Source of the DNA: Bacteroidales bacterium UBA5429
GTDB lineage: Bacteria; Bacteroidota; Bacteroidia; Bacteroidales; WCHB1-69
Direction: 5' to 3'
Length of the DNA stretch: 64,000 nt
Assembly: GCA_002427605.1 (NCBI GenBank)
Contig: DIRT01000020.1
Coordinates: forward strand, 10,013-74,012
How positions within the stretch are numbered: position 1 is the stretch's first letter; the number at the start of each line of letters is the position of its first letter. Both the position numbers and the translations under genes were made by a program. The notes under the pieces were generated by a model. That model did not search any database and was not told where the DNA came from. It saw nothing but the letters and a program-made list of their open reading frames with translations. Below, one piece after another: positions 58,018-64,000 of this stretch.

Positions 58018-58327
58018 GGTTGTAGAGACAGGGCACAAGAGGTTCAAGTTACCGAGTGGGGAAATAGAATGACAAAAAAGGGGCGGATGTTCTGCCCCCC
58101 AATTATTTAAAATACCAAATAAGAAATAAGAAGTAAGAAATAAAGTCGAAAGTAAAAAGGCGAAAGTCGAAATCTGGGTTTTTGTGTATATAAAATACAA
58201 TTTATTGACAATCAGAATAATATAAAAAATCAAATAAATAAATTCTACCTTCTACCTTCTTCCTTCTACCTTGTAAAAGCGTAATTCGTAATTCGTAATT
58301 GATTTCCGAAATCCGAAATCCGAAATC
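58018..58327. repeat. mosaic intergenic repeat block
   Basis: Components:
- half palindrome TGTAGAGACAGGGC at 58021..58034
- G-run module (reverse orientation) at 58052..58116
- AAATAAG/GTCGAAA-type x8 at 58117..58172
- TTCTACC x4 at 58243..58270
- CGTAATT x3 at 58280..58300
- AATCCGA-type x3 at 58303..58327. Confidence 0.9.
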
Positions 58328-58368
58328 AAAAAAAATCCCCTGACAATCAGTGATCGCAGAGGATTTTT
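58327..58368 (-). terminator. rho-independent terminator of the LRR lipoprotein gene
   Basis: AAAAATCCCCTG pairs with CAGAGGATTTTT (12 bp, with one G-U pair on the minus-strand RNA), followed by a U-run. Confidence 0.65.
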
Positions 58369-58441
58369 GTTCACATAAAAAAGTAACTATGAACTTATAT
58401 ATTGGAAGAGTTAATGGTTTCTGTTTGTAAATTTTTTCTCT

Positions 58442-59044
58442 TTAACTGCCAGCATAGGGCACATCATTCTCTCCGTCATCATTGTAATAGTCAAATACTG
58501 TCCAATTTTTATCGGTTGCAATATTTACTTGCTCTTCAGTACACACGTTACTTTCATTGTATTGGGAGTTTGTTGCTATCACCCATATTTTGACATTATC
58601 TTCCGTCTTATGTTGGGGTAGTGACATCATCAGGCTTGTCATAGCTTCTCCGTTAATATCGTTTTCATAACAATACAAATTCCTTAAATATGGATTTTTA
58701 CTAACGTCTAACGATTTAACGACAAAGTTTCCCGAACAGTCAAGTATTGTGACTTTACCGTAGATAGTAATGGTTGAAGAACCAATTTCATAGCGTTTTC
58801 CTTCACCAAATTTAACATTGTTTTCACCGTTGTCTTTTTTTCCGTTGTTGTTCAGGTCAATCCATATGCCCTCTCTGTCAGGAATCAAAGCATCTATGTA
58901 CAGATAGATATCATGTCCGGCGGTCATTCCGGTCAAAATTGTCATTGAATACTTTTTTGATACATCATTATTTTCTTCATCTTTATTGCAACTCACGGCA
59001 ATAATCATCGTGAGGGCAAGTAATATTTTAATTGTTGTTTTCAT
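58442..59044 (-). CDS. lipoprotein with leucine-rich-repeat-like C-terminal half
   Basis: Start at MKTTIKILLAL with lipobox IAVSC. LDCSGNFVVKSLDVSKNPYLRNLYCYENDI is LRR-like. Confidence 0.5.
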   Translation of the reverse strand: MKTTIKILLALTMIIAVSCNKDEENNDVSKKYSMTILTGMTAGHDIYLYIDALIPDREGIWIDLNNNGKKDNGENNVKFGEGKRYEIGSSTITIYGKVTILDCSGNFVVKSLDVSKNPYLRNLYCYENDINGEAMTSLMMSLPQHKTEDNVKIWVIATNSQYNESNVCTEEQVNIATDKNWTVFDYYNDDGENDVPYAGS

Positions 59045-59132
59045 AATCCTCATTTTAAATTGTTTGCTTATTATACTTTTTTTAAGGTATTATATTAAAG
59101 CAAGTTGCGTTTTTTACAACTGCTGAGTTGTA

Positions 59133-60689
59133 TTATTTCACAATAATTTTAGCATTAAATTCTGTTCCTTTATCTGTATTTAGCTTGATGAGGTACATGC
59201 CTGCGGGCAAAGTAGAAATATCGTGATTGATCTCTGTACCGGTAAACTCGAATGCAGTCACTTCCGCACCCAGCATATTGTACATACGAACTAAGTAAGT
59301 TCCCTCTTCATTCATGCGTAAAGTGATGTTATCAGTGGCAGGATTAGGGAAAACTTTTAACTCACCATCCACAACTGTCTCCTCCACACCTACAGTACTC
59401 CATTCAGCATCGAAAACCAATCGGGTACTACCACCTCCATATAGTTCCATTGCAAAGCAAGCTTGTGTCCGGACAGGGTTAATATCTACAACAGGGCTAT
59501 AATAGCTATGATATGTTGAAGATAAAGAAGAAACATCAGCTACATAATCCCATTCATTGTCTCCCAGCGCATCGGTATAATGTTGTACCTTATAAATGAT
59601 AGTTACACCATCATCATTCCATTTTTTGTAAACGAGTAGGTAGTGGTTATAGGTCTTATCGTATGCTAAGTCGGCTTGTGTTTCGTCATAATTAGAACTG
59701 CTTGCCCCATACCAGTAATCTATATTATCCAGAGTGTGATCACTAAGACTGTAACCACTTTCAGGATAAATTTTTACAATATCCCAGTCATTTCCACCAT
59801 ATAAATTTGAGTAAACAATCATGAAATTGTATTGCTCATCCAGGGTGTTGTTGCACAACCATTGAATTTTTGGATCTATGGCTTCACTGGTGGATGAATA
59901 TTTTTTATTCACTTGCAGTACATTTGTAAGACTTGTTCCATCAGCTTTAGCTGCTACAAAGCCGATATTTTTTTCACTATCTTTATCCATTTCGAATACA
60001 ATGCCTACTTTAGGATAATAATAATGCTCATTTGCTTGCCCGATAGAGACGTCAATCAGACCAAATTCTGAATTTTCTTTAGAGTACAATATTTCAGAGC
60101 TAAAAGTAGTACCACCGTCTGTAGAATAAACATAATCTATATACCCTTCATTATACCAATTAGAACTGGCAGCAAAACCGATCACAAATGGTGACCAAAC
60201 ATATTCCGGCGAGCGGGCATTGGTAGATATGGCAACATCGTGGTTTACGGTATTACCATAACTATAGCTGTGTACAATAACTCCATTACTTCCATCGGCG
60301 TCCATTTTCATTAAACTCACTTGTGCGGTTCCTGTTGTTGTGTTATTATCCGCAAACACATACCAAAGATTCATGTTTGACGGATTGTCACCGGTAACTA
60401 CGATATCGCGTCCTCCTTGTTCACTACCCGAAGGGGTAATACCATGCATGATTTGACTGAAAGTTGCGCCCCCATTTGTTGAACGATAGATTCTTGTTTC
60501 ATCTTGACCAGACCCATATTTGTTCATCAGCACGTAGATCCAACCATTATCGGCTACTGAAATTTTAGGTTTGATCCAATAGTTAGAACTGCATTCATGT
60601 AATAGTATATCATCACCAAACTTTTGAGCTCCGGCGGAAAAAGTGAACGCAAAAAGGGCAATCAATAAAAAGTATAAATTTTTTTTCAT
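59133..60689 (-). CDS. BNR/Asp-box beta-propeller protein with a T9SS C-terminal sorting domain
   Basis: Signal peptide, Asp-boxes (RSTNGGATF, YSTDGGTTF), and a C-terminal LKVFPNPATDNITL...GMYLIKL...KIIVK. Confidence 0.7.
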   Translation of the reverse strand: MKKNLYFLLIALFAFTFSAGAQKFGDDILLHECSSNYWIKPKISVADNGWIYVLMNKYGSGQDETRIYRSTNGGATFSQIMHGITPSGSEQGGRDIVVTGDNPSNMNLWYVFADNNTTTGTAQVSLMKMDADGSNGVIVHSYSYGNTVNHDVAISTNARSPEYVWSPFVIGFAASSNWYNEGYIDYVYSTDGGTTFSSEILYSKENSEFGLIDVSIGQANEHYYYPKVGIVFEMDKDSEKNIGFVAAKADGTSLTNVLQVNKKYSSTSEAIDPKIQWLCNNTLDEQYNFMIVYSNLYGGNDWDIVKIYPESGYSLSDHTLDNIDYWYGASSSNYDETQADLAYDKTYNHYLLVYKKWNDDGVTIIYKVQHYTDALGDNEWDYVADVSSLSSTYHSYYSPVVDINPVRTQACFAMELYGGGSTRLVFDAEWSTVGVEETVVDGELKVFPNPATDNITLRMNEEGTYLVRMYNMLGAEVTAFEFTGTEINHDISTLPAGMYLIKLNTDKGTEFNAKIIVK

Positions 60690-60726
60690 GATTCGTTGTT
60701 TAAATTATTAAATATTTATTTTGGTA

Positions 60727-60773
60727 CAAATTTATACGGAATATTCGAGCGCATCAATCATATAAACATATGG
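60727..60773 (-). promoter_or_regulatory. promoter module P1: TAAATTTG -7 box, TTG at fixed spacing, and box CATATAAACATATGG
   Basis: -7 box at 60727..60734, CAA (TTG on the minus strand) at 60755..60757, box at 60759..60773. It lies 38 nt upstream of ATG 60689. Confidence 0.55.
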
Positions 60774-60857
60774 TTTTTTTATAAAAAAAATAAAAAGGGG
60801 GGACAGGTCAGGAGGGGGGGTGAGATGCTTCATTTGCTCTTCTCTGTTATCCGGTTG

Positions 60858-60904
60858 CAAATTTACTACTTACAATGATCTTTTTCAATGATATGAATAT
60901 ATGG
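60858..60904 (-). promoter_or_regulatory. promoter module P2 (orphan copy)
   Basis: -7 box at 60858..60865, CAA at 60886..60888, box GATATGAATATATGG at 60890..60904. Only a 26-codon ORF follows. Confidence 0.35.
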
Positions 60905-61133
60905 TTTTGTTAATAGTCGATAATTGACTTGGATGATTCTACCTCCGCAATCTTTGTTATAGGTTTTAGCTCATTGCTTTCACTGTTCTTTTAGTTTTCA
61001 TAAGCAAACGCCGGACGAAATATATTTAAATTTTCATATTTGTCCGACGTAGCTCTAAAAAAAGAAAACAAAGGGTGGGGTTATATATTCATTTAGTTAA
61101 ATTTACATTTGCATTGCTGTGTGATAATCAATT

Positions 61134-61937
61134 TTATTCGACATCTCTGATAGTCCAGAAATCAGCACAATTCTTACTCTTCAGATACGCATAAGGCATC
61201 CAGAAATGCCCGTTATCTCCCCATTCTTTTCCCCATGAGTTTCGAACAAGCAGCATTTTCTTTTCATCATCGTAACCAACGGCCATCACTGCATGACCAC
61301 CCAGCATTTGTTCTCCTTTTTCCGGGATGGGCATGATGCCGGTATTGCGAACCTCTTCACTCATAAAACTGGAATACACTGAAAAACCAAATACAAACGG
61401 GTATCCTTCAGCAAGACATGCACGCATTTCGTCCAATACTATCGGAATACGCCAATATGATAATATTTGATGATCCAGAGCCAGATCGTAGCATTTTTGG
61501 GGAGGCTTCTGAGTAAATTTGGATCCGGGTTTACTGTTTGCTCTGTAAGGCCATTCCTTTTCAGGACAAACACCTTGTTTGTTCAACGACTTGACTCCAT
61601 CTCTCAGATAAGCTCCACTATCAGAATATATTGTACCCAACATGACCCGTTCATTGTAATACAGGAAAAGCCTTGACAGTCTGAGGGTTTTCTTTTTGTT
61701 GAACTTTTTACTATATTCTATCGCTGCAATTAGTGCATTGGCAGTACAGCTACCCAAATTTCCCTGGTTGTAAATCGGAGGGCATTTTCTTCGGAGATCT
61801 ACTTTTATCGGTAAGCATTTAATTAGTTTGAGAGGTGCTTCATAAACATAGTCTCTATCGTCCGGGATATCAGGAAGCCATCCTAGTTTAGGCATTCTGA
61901 ATTTCCCTTTATTATTTTGTATTCTATTTTCACTCAT
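61134..61937 (-). CDS. papain-family (C1) cysteine peptidase without a signal peptide
   Basis: QGNLGSCTANA (Cys), GGHAVMAVGYDD (His), VRNSWG (Asn). The N-terminus is hydrophilic. Confidence 0.85.
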   Translation of the reverse strand: MSENRIQNNKGKFRMPKLGWLPDIPDDRDYVYEAPLKLIKCLPIKVDLRRKCPPIYNQGNLGSCTANALIAAIEYSKKFNKKKTLRLSRLFLYYNERVMLGTIYSDSGAYLRDGVKSLNKQGVCPEKEWPYRANSKPGSKFTQKPPQKCYDLALDHQILSYWRIPIVLDEMRACLAEGYPFVFGFSVYSSFMSEEVRNTGIMPIPEKGEQMLGGHAVMAVGYDDEKKMLLVRNSWGKEWGDNGHFWMPYAYLKSKNCADFWTIRDVE

Positions 61938-62090
61938 CTCTTTTTTGTTTTACTATAACACTTAACTTGCAAACTTTGATTAGTTTAACGTTTTTCCCTC
62001 ATTGCTGTTTCCTTGATGAATAGTCATTGATTCTCCTACAGCAATCAAACCAATTTTAACTTTAGGTTCACTTTAGGTGTTATTTCGCCA

Positions 62091-62137
62091 CAAATTTAGA
62101 CGGAATTGATGGATATATCAACCATATGAACATATGG
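62091..62137 (-). promoter_or_regulatory. promoter module P3 upstream of the C1 peptidase
   Basis: -7 box TAAATTTG at 62091..62098, CAA at 62119..62121, box CATATGAACATATGG at 62123..62137. It implies a leader of about 150 nt. Confidence 0.5.
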
Positions 62138-62177
62138 TTTTTTTATGATTAAAAAAATAGGGGGGAGCGAGGAGGGG

Positions 62178-62819
62178 TTATACTAATCGTTCCTTAATCG
62201 CTTTAATAACAGCTTCAGATTTGGAATTTACTGCCAGTTTACGATAAATGCTGTTGATGTGACCACACACAGTACCAATGGAAATATTGCAATGGTCAGC
62301 AATCATTTTGTAGCTATCTCCGGCAACAAGGCGTTTCAGTACATCCAATTCACGATTGGAAAGGGTGTACTCGTTTTGAATTTTATTGTTAGGAGAAGTG
62401 AAAAATTGGAGTACTTTACGTGCTATTTCACTTGACATCGGTGAGCCGCCATTTACCAACTCAATAATCGATTCAATAATTTGAACAGCAGATGCCTTTT
62501 TGAGCAAATAACCGGTGGCGCCGGCACGAAGTGCATCGAAAATCTTGTCGCGGTCCTCAACGACGGTGAGCATCATTACGTTGATGTCAGGATATTTGTC
62601 TTTGACCAAACGGGTGGCATCAATACCGGAAAGGTAAGGCATCTCAATATCCATCAGGATCACATCGGGCATTTCCGATTCGCAATTTTCAAGAATATTG
62701 CGACAATCGGGATATGCCCCGGCAAAACGTAGTTGTTCCGAACCTTTCACCAGGAAGGAAAGAGTTTCGCGCAACGCATCATTGTCTTCGTAAATGGTAA
62801 CCTTAATTTCTGATTTCAT
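62178..62819 (-). CDS. NarL/LuxR-family response regulator
   Basis: REC domain (DVILMDIEMP, phospho-acceptor Asp) plus a C-terminal LuxR HTH (LSNRELDVLKRLVAGDSYKMIADHCNISIGTV). Confidence 0.92.
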   Translation of the reverse strand: MKSEIKVTIYEDNDALRETLSFLVKGSEQLRFAGAYPDCRNILENCESEMPDVILMDIEMPYLSGIDATRLVKDKYPDINVMMLTVVEDRDKIFDALRAGATGYLLKKASAVQIIESIIELVNGGSPMSSEIARKVLQFFTSPNNKIQNEYTLSNRELDVLKRLVAGDSYKMIADHCNISIGTVCGHINSIYRKLAVNSKSEAVIKAIKERLV

Positions 62820-62872
62820 TTCTTTCCGGATTTACAATATATGAGAGCGCAGATATCTTTGTCAATCGATTG

Positions 62873-62919
62873 CAATAATAATACTTATGCTCTTTTTTCT
62901 CAATAATAGGAATATATGG
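62873..62919 (-). promoter_or_regulatory. promoter module P4 upstream of the response regulator
   Basis: Degenerate -7 box TATTATTG at 62873..62880, CAA at 62901..62903, box AATAGGAATATATGG at 62905..62919. Confidence 0.4.
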
Positions 62920-62946
62920 TTTTGTTAAATTAATAATTGACATAAA

Positions 62947-64000
62947 TTACTCTACATTAGCAATAAAAGTTATAACTGTTCCCTGACCAATATGAGATTG
63001 AACAATTACTTTTCCACCTACTTTTTCACCACGATATTTCATGTTGCGTAGTCCATTTCGTGTATTCTCCCGGGATGTGTCAAATCCTTTTCCGTTATCT
63101 TTTATCTTCATTTTTAAAACAGAATGAGAGAAAGAAAATTCAATTTTTGCCTCTGAACATTCGGAATATTTTGCCATGTTGTTTACTGCCTCTTTTGCAA
63201 TTAAAAACAGATTTCGACGCATATCCATTGAAATTTTTAAAGATGTTACATTATCGGGAACAATAATGGATAACTTCACATCTAACGGCTCCAAAAGCGG
63301 TATGGCATATTCCCTTATACGCACTATAATGTTGTAAAAACTATCGTTTTGAGGATTGACAGACCAAATAATATCATCCATCGATTCGAGCATGTTTTTT
63401 GCATTTTTTCCTATTTTGCTAAGCATCTCTTCTGCATTGGGACTGTCATCCAGTCGGGATTGCAATAAATCGCTCATAATAGAGATGCTACTGAGTGTAG
63501 AGCCAATGTCGTCATGCAAATCAGATGCGATTTTTGTACGAATTTGCAGTTGCTTTTCCTTGTGCCTCTTTCGGTTTAGATGTAGAAGATAACCAATAGC
63601 TATGATTGCGATAGATGCCAGCGATATAAACCACCATGTTCTCCAAAAAGCTTGCTTTACTCTGAATTCAACCGATTTGTTGTATCCTAACCAAACACCT
63701 TTGTATGAAACATCTACTATAAAACGATATTTCCCCGGTTTTAAGTTGGTGTAACGGGCTTCCAGTATAGTAGTTGGCGAATTCCAGTCATTTTCCAAAC
63801 CCTCTAGTTTGTACCGATAACGAACCTGGCTGTAATCCTCAAAACAGATTGCCGTGTAACCAAAAGTAATATTATTTCGATTGTACTTAACGGCACGCGG
63901 AGTTTCTCTTTTATAATAAGGATTCCAATCGAGAACCGGTTGACCGTTAATGCTGACTCTTTCAATAATTAAGTTCGATACACTGGATTGTGAATATTTT
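62947..64000 (-). CDS. sensor histidine kinase (Y_Y_Y domain, TM, HisKA_3, HATPase), C-terminal part; gene runs off the right edge
   Basis: The track start at 63798 is a TTG. My translation stays open to 64000 (...YSQVRYRYKLEGLENDWNSP is the Y_Y_Y motif). This is followed by a TM, an H-box IASDLHDDIG, and N and G boxes. Confidence 0.85.
   Translation of the reverse strand, partial: KYSQSSVSNLIIERVSINGQPVLDWNPYYKRETPRAVKYNRNNITFGYTAICFEDYSQVRYRYKLEGLENDWNSPTTILEARYTNLKPGKYRFIVDVSYKGVWLGYNKSVEFRVKQAFWRTWWFISLASIAIIAIGYLLHLNRKRHKEKQLQIRTKIASDLHDDIGSTLSSISIMSDLLQSRLDDSPNAEEMLSKIGKNAKNMLESMDDIIWSVNPQNDSFYNIIVRIREYAIPLLEPLDVKLSIIVPDNVTSLKISMDMRRNLFLIAKEAVNNMAKYSECSEAKIEFSFSHSVLKMKIKDNGKGFDTSRENTRNGLRNMKYRGEKVGGKVIVQSHIGQGTVITFIANVE

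Noticed and set aside
60790-60840. 26-codon ORF (MKHLTPPPDLSPLFIFFIKKTICLYD) downstream of orphan promoter module P2
   Set aside because: It reads through the G-run module and the P1 box and has no supporting features. It is more likely non-coding relic sequence.
62854-62861. Perfect TATCTTTG box on the plus strand between the regulator and kinase genes (and TACATTTG at 61106-61113)
   Set aside because: Both point antisense into minus-strand genes with no plus-strand ORF to serve. An 8-mer with six fixed, AT-rich positions is expected by chance every 1-2 kb in this composition.

Overview
AT-rich chromosomal segment that looks like Bacteroidota. The evidence is T9SS C-terminal sorting domains, TAnnTTTG -7 promoter boxes in almost every intergenic gap, a short AtpC, a NagB-LmbE fusion, and many SxC lipoboxes. 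About 85% of genes are on the minus strand in long, tightly packed and often overlapping arrays (ATGA and TAATG junctions). Most are housekeeping genes: rlmN', folB, typA, ftsX, comF, lspA, tRNA-Arg, yidD, era, queD, mutS, dprA, purB, atpDC, rpmH (missed by the ORF track), hup, fmt, ribH, proS, ruvC, miaB, mreB, gltX, lpxB, nadC, folP and nagB. I found no transposase, integrase, CRISPR array or recognisable defence system. Five things stand out.
(1) A modular non-coding repeat family fills at least 8 intergenic gaps. It is built from arrays of degenerate 7-nt tandem repeats (AAGGCGG, AAGGTAG, AATTACG, AAATCCG, TTTAGAA and others), perfect palindromes with compensatory variation, and a G-run module. 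Several arrays start exactly at stop codons. Two ~210-bp copies form an inverted repeat around the atpDC-radical SAM segment.
(2) An accessory-looking right end (58.4-64 kb) carries an LRR lipoprotein, a BNR/T9SS protein, a signal-less papain-like protease and a Y_Y_Y histidine kinase with a LuxR-type regulator. Four paralogous promoter modules here share a direct-repeat box at fixed spacing.
(3) An AAA+ ATPase with a wHTH-like N-terminus sits convergent with a 98-aa heptapeptide-repeat protein.
(4) A 555-aa aromatic-, Q/N- and S-rich lipoprotein contains 12 tandem repeats.
(5) There is an AMP-ligase/carrier/PlsC tri-domain enzyme next to a FadL-like porin, and a translationally coupled UbiA-radical SAM pair.
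All functional calls come from reading the translations by eye. No database search was run.
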